From Clostridia bacterium (lineage in GTDB: Bacteria > Bacillota > Clostridia > Oscillospirales > CAG-272), in the NCBI GenBank assembly GCA_017503865.1, contig JAFVSI010000019.1, positions 850-64,849 on the forward strand: 64,000 bases of DNA, written 5' to 3'. Each line of letters starts with the position of its first letter. The stretch's first letter is position 1. Of this stretch, positions 47,728-58,157 are shown one piece after another. The position numbers were made by a program, and so were the translations under genes. The notes below the pieces were generated by a model. The model had not been told where the DNA came from, searched no databases, and was given only the letters and a program-made list of their open reading frames with translations.

Positions 47728-48849
47728 ATGAAGGTACTAATTTCGGCAGGCGGAACGGGCGGACATATAAACCCCGGCCTTGCCATTGCAAATATAATAT
47801 TGAAAAACGCTCCCGATTCCGAAATTCTTTTCGTGGGAACGCCTAAGGGAATGGAGAATGACCTTGTAAGAAAGGCAGGATACGAGCTTCGTCACGTTGA
47901 AATAAGCGGTATCAGACGCTCGCTCTCACCCTCAAATATCAAAACCGCAATACAGGTCTTGACATCTCCCGTGAAGGCTAAAAAGATAATAAAGGAATTT
48001 CGCCCCGATATAGTAATAGGTACGGGCGGATATGCTTGCTGGCCTTCTCTTACGGCGGCAAGAAAAATGGGAATTCCCACAGTTCTTCACGAGGCAAACG
48101 CAATTCCCGGTGTTGCTGTAAAGCAGCTCTGCGGAAAGGTCGACCTTCTTATGACTAATTTTGAGCATACCGCAAAGGAATTTGCCGACAGGCAGAGAAC
48201 TATGCACGTCGGTATGCCGATGCGTGGAGAATTTGAGGGGATCTCAAAGGAAGAGGCACGTAAAAAGCTCGGCATTGCCGACAAGTATTCTCACGTAATA
48301 CTTTCATTTGGCGGAAGTCTCGGTGCACCTATGGTAAATAGGGCATCTATTGAGGTAATGAAGAATTACACGGCAAAGCATCCCGAGGTCATACACTATC
48401 ACTCGAGCGGTAGCCGTGAATACGAAAATATGATGAAGGAATATACCGAGGCAGGACTTGCCGAGGCAAAGAACATTGACCTCGCACCTTATATATACGA
48501 TATGTCGCTTAAAATGGCGGCGGCTGACGTTGTGATCTCGCGTGCGGGAGCGATGACTATTGCAGAGCTTGCAAGGCTTGGTGCGGTATCTATTCTTATC
48601 CCGTCTCCTAACGTTACGGCTGACCATCAGTACAAAAACGCAAAGCTGCTTGAAGATAAGGGAGCGACTATTATAATTCGCGAAGATGAGTTTGACGGTC
48701 ATAACGTAAGTGATACCGTAGAGAAGCTCCTTTCTGACGATGCACTACGCAAGAGTATGTCCGAGAGTATCGGAAAGTTTTATGATGCAAACACAAGCAA
48801 AAAGATATTTAGCGAGATAGAAAAGCTCGTTTTAAATAGCAAGAAGTAA
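47728..48849 (+). CDS. murG: Undecaprenyldiphospho-muramoylpentapeptide beta-GlcNAc transferase
   Basis: GGTGGHINP, GTGGY, HEAN, FGGSLGA, SRAGA, HQYKNA. Confidence 0.97.
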   Translation: MKVLISAGGTGGHINPGLAIANIILKNAPDSEILFVGTPKGMENDLVRKAGYELRHVEISGIRRSLSPSNIKTAIQVLTSPVKAKKIIKEFRPDIVIGTGGYACWPSLTAARKMGIPTVLHEANAIPGVAVKQLCGKVDLLMTNFEHTAKEFADRQRTMHVGMPMRGEFEGISKEEARKKLGIADKYSHVILSFGGSLGAPMVNRASIEVMKNYTAKHPEVIHYHSSGSREYENMMKEYTEAGLAEAKNIDLAPYIYDMSLKMAAADVVISRAGAMTIAELARLGAVSILIPSPNVTADHQYKNAKLLEDKGATIIIREDEFDGHNVSDTVEKLLSDDALRKSMSESIGKFYDANTSKKIFSEIEKLVLNSKK

Positions 48850-48864
48850 AAAGAGGGAAAATAA

Positions 48865-49734
48865 ATGCAGATAAGAGAACGCTCAAAAAACAGTGAAAGA
48901 GAAAAAACGGTCGAGATAAACTTATACTCGCTCGTTTGCATTTCTCTTCTTGTAATCATGGGCGTTCTTTTGTTGCTTTTATCCTTGCATTTCGTAAAAA
49001 GATTTATACCTGCCAAAAGCTTTGAGATAATAGGCGAATCCACTTACGAGCCGATCGATTTAGCAAAGGGCTCGGGTATAGAGCTTGGCGACAGGATATT
49101 CAGAATAGACACCGAGGCGGCGGAAGAGAGACTTTTGGTAAGCTGCCCGTATCTCGAGTCGGTAAATATCAAGAGGACACTCTTTGGCAAGGTAAAGTTT
49201 GAGGTCGAATGCTATGAGCCGGTATGGTATGTAGAGGTCGCGGGTGACTGCTACGTTCTTGACAGAGAGCTTCGTGTGCTTGAGGAAACAGCGGACAGGG
49301 AAGGTCTTTATGAGAGAGATCTTATATATCTTACATTGCCGCACCTAAAAAATGCCATAGTCGGAGAGACAGTTGTGTTCGGTAACAGCGACGGAGAAAT
49401 CGAGGAAACACAAAAAATAATGGATATCATTCTCTCATCGGCTGCTGCTGAAATGATATGTACTGCCGACATCGACAACAGATATGATGTGCATTTCGAG
49501 TTTGACAAAATTGTAATTTTTGAAAGTGAAGAGAAATTTTCGTATAGCGAAATAGATGATTTTTTCACAGTAAACGTCGGTGGATATTCGAAGCTTGCCA
49601 CAAAGCTTGAATACATAACTAAGGCAATGCTTAAGGAAGACCTCGCGGGGGCTGTCGGTGGAACGGTTGACGTTTCCGAAGAAGGGGACAAGGTCAGTAT
49701 ACGCCCAAAATACGCAAGTGTCGGGAATAATTAA
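48865..49734 (+). CDS. ftsQ: Cell division protein FtsQ/DivIB-like (POTRA domain)
   Basis: Single TM followed by a POTRA-like segment (PYLESVNIKR); lies between murG and ftsZ. Confidence 0.7.
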   Translation: MQIRERSKNSEREKTVEINLYSLVCISLLVIMGVLLLLLSLHFVKRFIPAKSFEIIGESTYEPIDLAKGSGIELGDRIFRIDTEAAEERLLVSCPYLESVNIKRTLFGKVKFEVECYEPVWYVEVAGDCYVLDRELRVLEETADREGLYERDLIYLTLPHLKNAIVGETVVFGNSDGEIEETQKIMDIILSSAAAEMICTADIDNRYDVHFEFDKIVIFESEEKFSYSEIDDFFTVNVGGYSKLATKLEYITKAMLKEDLAGAVGGTVDVSEEGDKVSIRPKYASVGNN

Positions 49735-49892
49735 AAACATTGTCTAAATGTATGGTTTATGCTTCGGTTTAATGATAAATATTTGTAAAAATTATCATTA
49801 AATTTCAAAAAAGGTATTGCAAAAAAAGCAAAAATATATTATCATATATATATAAATATTTTCTTTGCAAAAAAGTTAAAAAACGGAGGATA

Positions 49893-50981
49893 ATGACCAT
49901 GCATTTTGAAAGAGACGATAGCTGTGATTGCGGCGTTTGTATAAAAGTAGTAGGTGTCGGCGGCGGCGGAAACAATGCTGTCAACAGAATGATTGCTTCT
50001 AACGTAAGAGGAGTAGATTTTATTACGATAAATACAGACAGACAGGCACTTCGTCACTCGAGTGCCCCCACTCAGCTTGTAATAGGTGAAAAAATTACAA
50101 AGGGATTCGGTGCGGGTGCAAATCCCAGCATCGGTCAGCGTGCGGCTGAGGAGTCTCTTGATGAGATCAAGGCAGCTCTCTCCGACGCAGATATGGTATT
50201 CATAACCGCAGGAATGGGCGGTGGTACAGGTACAGGTGCAGCTCCCGTTGTAGCAAGAATTGCTCACGAGATGGACATCCTCACCGTAGCTGTTGTAACA
50301 AAGCCTTTCGGCTTTGAGGGTAAGCGTAGAATGGCTCAGGCTGTTGAAGGAATTGCTGAGCTTAGCCAGTACGTTGACTCTATCGTAGTTATTCCTAACG
50401 AGAGACTTAAAGAGGTATCCGATACAAGAATTACTCTTTATAATGCATTTGAGGCGGCTGATGACGTTCTCCGTCGCGGCGTACAGAGTATTTCCGACCT
50501 TATAAACGTTCCCGGAAACATCAACCTTGACTTTGCTGACGTAACCGCTATTATGGCACATTCGGGCAGGGCTCATATGGGCGTTGGCAGTGCAACGGGT
50601 AAGGACAAGGCAGAGCTCGCAGCACGTGCAGCTATTGCAAGTCCTCTCCAGGAGACTTCTATCAAGGGTGCTACAGGTATCGTTATCAGCTTCTCGGCTT
50701 CTCCCGACATTGGACTTGAGGACGTTAACGTTGCTGCTAATATGATAGCAGAGGAGTGCAATCCCGATGCAAACATCATCTGGGGTGTTGCATTCGATCC
50801 TGAGCTTGAGGACGAGCTTCGCATTACTCTTCTTGCTACCGGCTTTGATAAGAAGCCCGGTGACTATGATGACGGAATAGAGACAAAGGCTGCTGAAGAA
50901 GCAGAGGTCGCTGAGAAGGCAAGTGGAAAGCCTGCAAGCTCAAGTGCATACGACGATATACTTGACGGCTTCTTTAACTAA
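49893..50981 (+). CDS. ftsZ: Cell division protein FtsZ
   Basis: IKVVGVGGGGNNAV, GMGGGTGTG tubulin signature, NLDFADV. Confidence 0.98.
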   Translation: MTMHFERDDSCDCGVCIKVVGVGGGGNNAVNRMIASNVRGVDFITINTDRQALRHSSAPTQLVIGEKITKGFGAGANPSIGQRAAEESLDEIKAALSDADMVFITAGMGGGTGTGAAPVVARIAHEMDILTVAVVTKPFGFEGKRRMAQAVEGIAELSQYVDSIVVIPNERLKEVSDTRITLYNAFEAADDVLRRGVQSISDLINVPGNINLDFADVTAIMAHSGRAHMGVGSATGKDKAELAARAAIASPLQETSIKGATGIVISFSASPDIGLEDVNVAANMIAEECNPDANIIWGVAFDPELEDELRITLLATGFDKKPGDYDDGIETKAAEEAEVAEKASGKPASSSAYDDILDGFFN

Positions 50982-50996
50982 GAAAAATCAATAAGC

Positions 50997-51030
50997 AAAA
51001 AGTCAGCCGAGCTTTTCGGCTGACTTTTTT
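50997..51030 (+). terminator. Rho-independent terminator after ftsZ
   Basis: AAAAAGTCAGCCGA-gctt-TTCGGCTGACTTTTT. Confidence 0.8.
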
Positions 51031-51042
51031 ACGAGGATAAAT

Positions 51043-51774
51043 ATGCTTGAATTTTTTGAATCATTTTCCCTTTGGGGAACGATCGTAAACACACTTGGCG
51101 TAGCCGTCGGTGCTATCGTCGGTATTTTAATAAAAAACCTTTCGGGTACGAAAAAAGCAAAGGAAGGCGGCATTGCCAGCGAGCTTCCCGACGCTATAAT
51201 GAAGGGCGTTGCACTCTGCGTTTTGCTTATCGGTATTACGGGGGCAATCAAGACCGAAAATATAATGATAGTTATCATTTCGATAGTTGTCGGTGCAATT
51301 CTCGGTACGCTTATGCGACTTGATAGCGGAATTACGGCTCTTGGCAACTTCATTGAAAAAAAGACGGGCGGAAAGCTTGGCAGTATAACGCAGGGCTTTG
51401 TTACGGCAAGTCTGCTATTCTGCGTAGGTGCTATGGCGATAGTAGGATCGCTTTCGAGCGGTCTTTCGCTCGAGCACGAAACGCTCTATGCAAAATCCCT
51501 GCTCGATATGATCTCGGCAATTATATTTGCGACCACGCTCGGCTGGGGCGTCGTTTTCTCGTCGTTGCTTGTCTTTGTTTATCAAGGAGCTATCACACTT
51601 GCGGCAAGTCTTTTAGCCCCCGTGCTTTCAGCGGTGGCAATAAATGAAATGACGGCGGTTGGCTCACTTCTTATTATCGCACTTTCGCTCAATATGCTGG
51701 GACTTACCAAAATTAAGGTTATGAACTACGTCCCCGCGATTTTCATACCGATATTGCTTGTATTATTTATGTAA
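51043..51774 (+). CDS. DUF554 (YdfK-like) membrane protein
   Basis: GTIVN, GFVTASLLFCVGAMAIVGS, AKSLLD, YQG, IKVMN. Confidence 0.88.
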   Translation: MLEFFESFSLWGTIVNTLGVAVGAIVGILIKNLSGTKKAKEGGIASELPDAIMKGVALCVLLIGITGAIKTENIMIVIISIVVGAILGTLMRLDSGITALGNFIEKKTGGKLGSITQGFVTASLLFCVGAMAIVGSLSSGLSLEHETLYAKSLLDMISAIIFATTLGWGVVFSSLLVFVYQGAITLAASLLAPVLSAVAINEMTAVGSLLIIALSLNMLGLTKIKVMNYVPAIFIPILLVLFM

Positions 51775-51780
51775 ATAAAC

Positions 51781-51811
51781 AAAAGGCGAAGGATTTTTCC
51801 TTCGCCTTTTT
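51781..51811. terminator. Bidirectional terminator
   Basis: AAAAGGCGAAGGA...TCCTTCGCCTTTT. Confidence 0.8.
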
Positions 51812-51815
51812 AATT

Positions 51816-54389
51816 TTAGAATGTTATTACAAACTTGTTGCAGTAGCCACGAGGAATTTCGTACTTCTTTTCAAGCTCGGGACCGCAAGAATAAGATCCT
51901 ATTCCACGCATTCCGAGATCAAGACAAACGTTTACAAAATCGTTCTTAGGAAGCTCGAAATTGTGTTTTGTTTCACGTAACTGTGCAGTTGTATATGGAT
52001 TTACCGAGAATGAGAAGGGTCTCTCTGCCGTAACCGTGAAGTTATCGTTTATATTAAGATACTTCGAAGCATAGTGGCTTCCCGACTCCTGAGGACGAAC
52101 GTAATCATAGTAATAGTTGTCATCGGCATTCGACTCGTAGTATCCGTACTCACAGCACGCCTTCTTGTCAACGTAGCTCTCGTGAGGGCCAAATCCAACG
52201 TAAGAGAAGTCACGCTTAGATGCATCTGTACCAAATTCAAGTCCAAAACGGGCAATATTTGTAACATAATCAGATATCCTATAAGCAACCTCAATTTCAA
52301 GTGCGGAATCAAGCACCGTGTACTTAATGTCGTACTCAACCATAGGAAGAAGTGCAGGGGCAGTAAGCACGCCACGGAAATAACAACTGTTGTTATTCTT
52401 ATCACTCTCAAGCACATAGGGTTTAGCGATGTGGAGCTTAAATCTGTTTTTCCAAGGACCTATAAGATGACGGTCATTGTCGGTGTAACGGGTCGTATTA
52501 AAATGCATAGGAGTCTTAAGGATCTCTACTCCGTCAGCAGTGAGTGAGGTGAGAAGGCCTGTTGTCTCGTCAACCTTTATTTCAACCTTCTTGCCGCTCT
52601 TCTTAACTTCGGGGATAGCAACGTCTTTGACTTCAGACTTTGTCTTTCCGCCATAAACCGCTCTCATTTCGAGGGCGTTGGACTTGATTTTTCTATCGGG
52701 AGTGAGAAGTCCGTCGCAGCAGAAGTTTGCATCATGCTCGGCTTCACCGTGGTCTCCACCGTAGAGGAAGCCACGCTCGGTCTTGATTCCGTGATCAGCC
52801 CATTCCCAAACGAACGCACCCATAATCTGGTCGTTAGCGTAAATATAATCCCAATAATCAGCAATGTCTCCGCAACTGTTACCCATTGCGTGAGTGTATT
52901 CGCAGAGGACGAAGGGACGTGTCTCAAGAGGATTGTTAATGACCTTTTTATTGATAGTATCAATGTCGGGGTACATCATGCTGACCATATCGACCATATC
53001 GGTATAGTAGTATTTCTTGCTGTGCTGGAGTCCCTCGTAGTGAATGAGTCTTGAATCATCGTGTTCACGAATGTACTTAGTACCCTTAATGAATGCTTCA
53101 CCGAAGCAGCTTTCGTTGCCGAGTGACCAGATGATAACGGACGAACGGTTTTTGTCACGCTCAACGAGAGCCATTTCACGGTCGGTGATACCGGGCTCAA
53201 AGAGCATATTGTCGGCATAATTTACCCACATATCGTAAGCACCGCTGTCGCCTCTGCAGTAGAGTGCACCGTGAATTTCAAGGTCAGCCTCGTCCATAAC
53301 GTAGATACCGAACGCATCGCAAAGCTGATAGAACTCGGGAACGTCGGGATAGTGAGAGGTACGAACTGCATTTACGTTGAGGTACTTCATAAGATTGAGG
53401 TCCTCAACCATATTTTCGAGAGTAACGGTAGCACCTGTCTCGCAATTGAACTCGTGGCGGTTTACACCCTTAAGCTTTGTGTGTACGCCGTTTATCTTGA
53501 ATACCTTGCCGTCAACCGAAACGGTACGGAATCCGACCTTCTCGTAGATGACCTCACCGTTCGCTGAAATTGTGAGGGGGTAGAGGGTGGGAGTTTCTGC
53601 AGCCCATATCTTGACGTCCTTTACCTTAAACTCTACGCACTTGCCAGCACCAGCGGTTACAGTCTCGCCCTCAAAGGTAAGAGAAACGTCAATATCACTC
53701 ATATTTTCGAACTTGAGAACACCGTCCTTGCCGTCGTGCGAGGGAGTGAACTTAAAATCGGTGATATGAGACTCGGGACGCTTTAGAATATAAACGCTTC
53801 TGAAGATACCCGAGAAACGGAATTTGTCCTGGTCCTCAAGGTATGTGGAAGCACACCACTTGAGCACGATAACGTCAAGTGTGTTCTTGCCGTTCTTTAC
53901 AAGCTCGGTTATATCAAACTCACTTGTAGCGTGAGAGATCTGAGAATAGCCCTTGAACTCTCCGTTTACGTAGAGATAGAAAGCACTGTCAACACCCTCA
54001 AAATTGAGGTAGTAACGCTCGCCTTCCTTCTTATCAAGGTCGAAATCGCGGCGGTAGTGCCACGTGGGATTTTCATAAGGAACGTGAGGGGGATTTGAAG
54101 GAATGGGATAGCGGTTGTTACGGTACTGTATCTGGTCGTATCCGTGCATCTGCAAGCAAGAGGGAACGGGAATAGTTACCGTAAGCTCCTCGGAAAGATT
54201 AGCGAGTGCCGTTTCGGTATCGCTGTGCTGCTTGAGAAGCCAAGTTCCGTCAAGAGAGAGGAAACGAGAGCTCGATCTTCTGTCAACTATGCCGTGAACA
54301 GTAGTAACCTTATCATCGGCTGCAAAGGGAATAAAGTAGCTTCTGTGAGGGAGCGTACCAATTCTTTCGTAGCGTTTGTACTCTTTCAT
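51816..54389 (-). CDS. lacZ: Beta-galactosidase, glycoside hydrolase family 2
   Basis: FEGVDSA, LEDQD, KGVNRHE, NAVRTSHYP, WSLGNES, LCEYTHAMGN. Confidence 0.9.
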   Translation of the reverse strand: MKEYKRYERIGTLPHRSYFIPFAADDKVTTVHGIVDRRSSSRFLSLDGTWLLKQHSDTETALANLSEELTVTIPVPSCLQMHGYDQIQYRNNRYPIPSNPPHVPYENPTWHYRRDFDLDKKEGERYYLNFEGVDSAFYLYVNGEFKGYSQISHATSEFDITELVKNGKNTLDVIVLKWCASTYLEDQDKFRFSGIFRSVYILKRPESHITDFKFTPSHDGKDGVLKFENMSDIDVSLTFEGETVTAGAGKCVEFKVKDVKIWAAETPTLYPLTISANGEVIYEKVGFRTVSVDGKVFKINGVHTKLKGVNRHEFNCETGATVTLENMVEDLNLMKYLNVNAVRTSHYPDVPEFYQLCDAFGIYVMDEADLEIHGALYCRGDSGAYDMWVNYADNMLFEPGITDREMALVERDKNRSSVIIWSLGNESCFGEAFIKGTKYIREHDDSRLIHYEGLQHSKKYYYTDMVDMVSMMYPDIDTINKKVINNPLETRPFVLCEYTHAMGNSCGDIADYWDYIYANDQIMGAFVWEWADHGIKTERGFLYGGDHGEAEHDANFCCDGLLTPDRKIKSNALEMRAVYGGKTKSEVKDVAIPEVKKSGKKVEIKVDETTGLLTSLTADGVEILKTPMHFNTTRYTDNDRHLIGPWKNRFKLHIAKPYVLESDKNNNSCYFRGVLTAPALLPMVEYDIKYTVLDSALEIEVAYRISDYVTNIARFGLEFGTDASKRDFSYVGFGPHESYVDKKACCEYGYYESNADDNYYYDYVRPQESGSHYASKYLNINDNFTVTAERPFSFSVNPYTTAQLRETKHNFELPKNDFVNVCLDLGMRGIGSYSCGPELEKKYEIPRGYCNKFVITF

Positions 54390-54518
54390 TTTTTAGTCTC
54401 CTAAAACAAAATATTCGTTATGCCTTTATGGGCACATCTTAACATTATAATTATAACCGATATTCCTTTTGATGTCAAGGATTGAGGGAGCTTTTGTTTA
54501 AATAAAACAAAAGAAAAA

Positions 54519-54551
54519 ATCCCCGCTGAATTTTCAGCGGGGATAATTTTT
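54519..54551 (-). terminator. Terminator of ppdK
   Basis: ATCCCCGCTGAA-tt-TTCAGCGGGGAT flanked by A/T tracts. Confidence 0.75.
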
Positions 54552-54576
54552 ATTACTTGCTCAAATAATCCTTAAA

Positions 54577-57204
54577 TTACTTGTTAGAGATAGCTGCCTG
54601 AGCTGCTGCGAGACGAGCTATCGGAACACGGAAGGGCGAGCAGGATACGTAGTCAAGTCCGAGCTTGTGGCAGAACTCAACAGATGTGGGGTCACCACCG
54701 TGCTCACCGCAGATACCTACGTGGAGCTTCTGGTTAACAGGTCTACCAAGCTTGAGAGCCATATCCATAAGCTTACCAACACCGTTCTGGTCAAGTCTTG
54801 CGAAAGGATCGTTCTCGAAGATCTTTGCATCATAGTATGCAGAGAGGAACTTACCTGCATCATCACGGGAGAAGCCGTATGTCATCTGAGTAAGGTCGTT
54901 TGTACCGAAGCAGAAGAAGTCTGCATTAGCTGCTATATCGTCAGCTATGAGACAAGCTCTGGGGATCTCGATCATTGTACCAACCTCGTAGTCAAGCTTA
55001 ACGCCTGCAGCTGCAATCTCAGCATCAGCGGTTGCAACAACTACGCTCTTAACGTACTTAAGCTCCTTAACGTCGCCAACGAGAGGAATCATGATCTCAG
55101 GAACAACCTTCCAGTCAGCATGCTTCTTCTGAACGTTGATAGCTGCACGGATAACTGCAGAAGTCTGCATCTTTGCGATCTCGGGGTATGTTACAGCGAG
55201 ACGGCATCCACGGTGACCCATCATGGGGTTGAACTCGTGGAGAGATGCGATGATAGCCTTAATGTCCTCAACAGTCTTGCCCTGTGCCTTAGCAAGAAGA
55301 GCGATGTCTTCCTCAGTGGTAGGAACAAACTCGTGGAGAGGGGGATCAAGGAATCTGATACAAACGGGTGTGCCCTCAAGAGCCTCATAGAGCTTCTCGA
55401 AGTCGGACTGCTGGTAGGGAAGGATCTTCTGGAGAGCTACTTCTCTCTCTTCAGCAGTGTCGGCACAGATCATCTCTCTGAATGCTGCAATTCTGTCAGC
55501 CTCAAAGAACATATGCTCTGTACGGCAAAGACCGATACCCTCAGCACCGAGCTCACGTGCCTTCTTAGCGTCAGCAGGAGTATCAGCGTTTGTACGAACC
55601 TTAAGAGTTCTGTACTTGTCAGCCCAAGTCATAATTGTACCAAAGTTGCCGGAGATCTCTGCGTCAACTGTGGGAATAATACCGTCATAAATAGCACCGG
55701 TAGAACCGTCGATGGAGATGTAATCACCCTCAACGAATGTCTTGCCTGCGAGTGTGAACTTCTTGTTCTCCTCGTCCATAGCGATGTCGCCGCATCCGGA
55801 AACGCAGCACTTACCCATACCTCTTGCAACAACTGCTGCGTGAGAGGTCATACCGCCACGAACTGTAAGGATACCCTGAGCAGCCTTCATACCTGTAATA
55901 TCCTCAGGAGAAGTCTCAAGTCTAACAAGAACGACCTTCTTACCTGCAGCGTTCCAATTCTCAGCATCCTCAGCAGAGAATACGATCTGTCCGCAAGCAG
56001 CTCCGGGAGAAGCACCGAGACCACGTCCCATGGGCTTTGCAGCCTTGATTGCCTTAGCATCAAACTGGGGGTGGAGAAGTGTGTCGAGGTTTCTGGGGTC
56101 TATCATAAGAACAGCTTCCTGCTCGGTCTTGTGGCCCTCTTTTACGAGGTCAACAGCGATCTGGAGAGCAGCCTGTGCAGTTCTCTTACCGTTTCTGGTC
56201 TGGAGCATATAGAGCTTCTCATTTTCAATGGTGAACTCCATGTCCTGCATATCGTGGTAGTGGTTCTCAAGGATCTCACATACCTTTGTGAACTGCTCGA
56301 AAGCAGCGGGGAACTTGTTAGCCATCTCAGCGATAGGCATAGGTGTACGAACACCTGCAACAACGTCCTCACCCTGAGCGTTTGTAAGGAACTCACCCAT
56401 GAGCTTCTTTTCACCGGTAGCGGGGTCACGTGTGAATGCAACACCTGTACCGCAGTCATCACCCATGTTACCGAACGCCATAGCCTGTACGTTTACAGCG
56501 GTACCCCAAGAGTAGGGAATATCGTTGTCACGACGGTAAACGTTTGCACGGGGGTTGTCCCAAGAACGGAATACTGCTTTAACAGCACCCATAAGCTGCT
56601 CCTTGGGGTCGGAGGGGAAGTCAGAACCGATCTTAGCCTTGTACTCAGCCTTGAACTGATTTGCAAGTTCCTTAAGATCGTCAGCGGTAAGCTCAACGTC
56701 AAGCTTAACGCCCTTTTCCTCTTTCATCTTATCGATAAGCTCCTCGAAGTACTTCTTTCCAACTTCCATAACGACGTCGGAGTACATCTGGATAAATCTT
56801 CTGTAGCAATCATAAGCCCAACGAGCGTTACCCGACTTCTTAGCCATAACTTCTACAACCTCTTCGTTAAGACCGAGGTTAAGAATTGTGTCCATCATAC
56901 CGGGCATGGATGCACGTGCACCGGAACGAACGGAAACGAGAAGGGGGTTCTCCTTATCGCCGAACTTCTTGCCGGTTACGCCTTCCATCTTTACGATGTA
57001 CTCGTTGATTTCAGCCTGTATAGAGTCATTGATCTGACGACCATCCTCATAGTACTGTGTGCAGGCCTCTGTTGTGATGGTAAAGCCCTGGGGAACGGGA
57101 AGACCAATGTTGGTCATTTCGGCAAGGTTTGCACCCTTACCGCCGAGAAGCTCACGCATCGATGCATTACCTTCGGAAAAAAGGTAACAATACTTCTTTG
57201 CCAT
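54577..57204 (-). CDS. ppdK: Pyruvate, phosphate dikinase
   Basis: LGGKGANLAEM, PLLVSVRSG, GGMTSHAAVVAR (phospho-His), GIGLCRTEHMF, GICGEHGG. Start at ATG 57204 after GGAGG. Confidence 0.98.
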   Translation of the reverse strand: MAKKYCYLFSEGNASMRELLGGKGANLAEMTNIGLPVPQGFTITTEACTQYYEDGRQINDSIQAEINEYIVKMEGVTGKKFGDKENPLLVSVRSGARASMPGMMDTILNLGLNEEVVEVMAKKSGNARWAYDCYRRFIQMYSDVVMEVGKKYFEELIDKMKEEKGVKLDVELTADDLKELANQFKAEYKAKIGSDFPSDPKEQLMGAVKAVFRSWDNPRANVYRRDNDIPYSWGTAVNVQAMAFGNMGDDCGTGVAFTRDPATGEKKLMGEFLTNAQGEDVVAGVRTPMPIAEMANKFPAAFEQFTKVCEILENHYHDMQDMEFTIENEKLYMLQTRNGKRTAQAALQIAVDLVKEGHKTEQEAVLMIDPRNLDTLLHPQFDAKAIKAAKPMGRGLGASPGAACGQIVFSAEDAENWNAAGKKVVLVRLETSPEDITGMKAAQGILTVRGGMTSHAAVVARGMGKCCVSGCGDIAMDEENKKFTLAGKTFVEGDYISIDGSTGAIYDGIIPTVDAEISGNFGTIMTWADKYRTLKVRTNADTPADAKKARELGAEGIGLCRTEHMFFEADRIAAFREMICADTAEEREVALQKILPYQQSDFEKLYEALEGTPVCIRFLDPPLHEFVPTTEEDIALLAKAQGKTVEDIKAIIASLHEFNPMMGHRGCRLAVTYPEIAKMQTSAVIRAAINVQKKHADWKVVPEIMIPLVGDVKELKYVKSVVVATADAEIAAAGVKLDYEVGTMIEIPRACLIADDIAANADFFCFGTNDLTQMTYGFSRDDAGKFLSAYYDAKIFENDPFARLDQNGVGKLMDMALKLGRPVNQKLHVGICGEHGGDPTSVEFCHKLGLDYVSCSPFRVPIARLAAAQAAISNK

Positions 57205-57500
57205 TTGTGAATCCTCCATATTTGAAATAATTTTTTTGACAAACTTAGCCTCTGCAAAGGGGGTATTTCGTTGCAGAGTACCAGATATTATAACATATAT
57301 TTTTCCAAATAGCCATAAAAATTGAAAATTTATAAGCAAGTATAATTGTAAATTTTTTGTTAACGAGTTTCAGGTCGAATAAAAGTCTTGATTTTTTTGC
57401 ATATAAGTAGTATAATTAACAAGTAATAAGATTCTTAACACCGGGAAGAAATTTTCGGTGTAAGTTGTTTTGCAAATAGAAAAACGGAATGGTATATAAA

Positions 57501-58136
57501 ATGGCAGACATATTTGACCTTTTTAAGAAAATATCAAAGAATGATACGGTGAGCACAGCACCCATAACTCATATAGTTGTAGGACTTGGAAACCCCGGGG
57601 CGAAATATGCAAACACCCGCCACAACGCAGGATTTATGACGCTTGACTATATTTCATCAAGGCTTGGCGTAAAGGTCGACAGAGCAAAGTTTGAGGCTCT
57701 TGTCGGAGAGGCAACGGTCGCGGGAAAGCGAGTCCTTCTTATGAAACCGCAGACCTTTATGAACAATTCGGGTAACGCCGTATACGAGGCTGCAAAATTT
57801 TATAAGATTGCCCCCGAAAACGTAATCGTTATATCCGATGACGTAAATCTTGACGTAGGACGTCTCCGCGTTCGCGGCTCGGGAAGTGCCGGCGGACAAA
57901 AGGGACTTAACGATATCATCGTTCAGATGGGCAGCGACAAGATACCGAGAATAAGGATAGGAGTCGGAAAAAAGCCGCACCCCGATTACGATATGGTCGA
58001 TTGGGTGCTCGGTGCTTTTCCCGAGGCTGACAAAAAGGCTCTTGACGAGGTCTATGCGAGAGCATACGACGGACTCGAAAAGCTCCTCTCTGGTGATGTT
58101 GACGGTGCTATGCAGATATGCAACGGTGCGAAATAA
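57501..58136 (+). CDS. pth: Peptidyl-tRNA hydrolase
   Basis: VGLGNPG, TRHNAGF, KPQTFMNNSG, GSAGGQKG, RIRIGVG. Confidence 0.95.
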   Translation: MADIFDLFKKISKNDTVSTAPITHIVVGLGNPGAKYANTRHNAGFMTLDYISSRLGVKVDRAKFEALVGEATVAGKRVLLMKPQTFMNNSGNAVYEAAKFYKIAPENVIVISDDVNLDVGRLRVRGSGSAGGQKGLNDIIVQMGSDKIPRIRIGVGKKPHPDYDMVDWVLGAFPEADKKALDEVYARAYDGLEKLLSGDVDGAMQICNGAK

Positions 58137-58157
58137 TCGAATAATACGGAGAATTTA

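Noticed and set aside
54667-57210. 847-aa ORF antisense to ppdK
   Set aside because: It is in codon register with ppdK, has no recognisable motifs or RBS, and is the expected shadow of strong codon bias (few TTA/CTA/TCA codons) in a highly expressed gene.
57439-57462. Hairpin ACACCGGGAA...TTTTCGGTGT upstream of pth as an ncRNA
   Set aside because: It is a single short stem with no family features, at most a 5' UTR structure.
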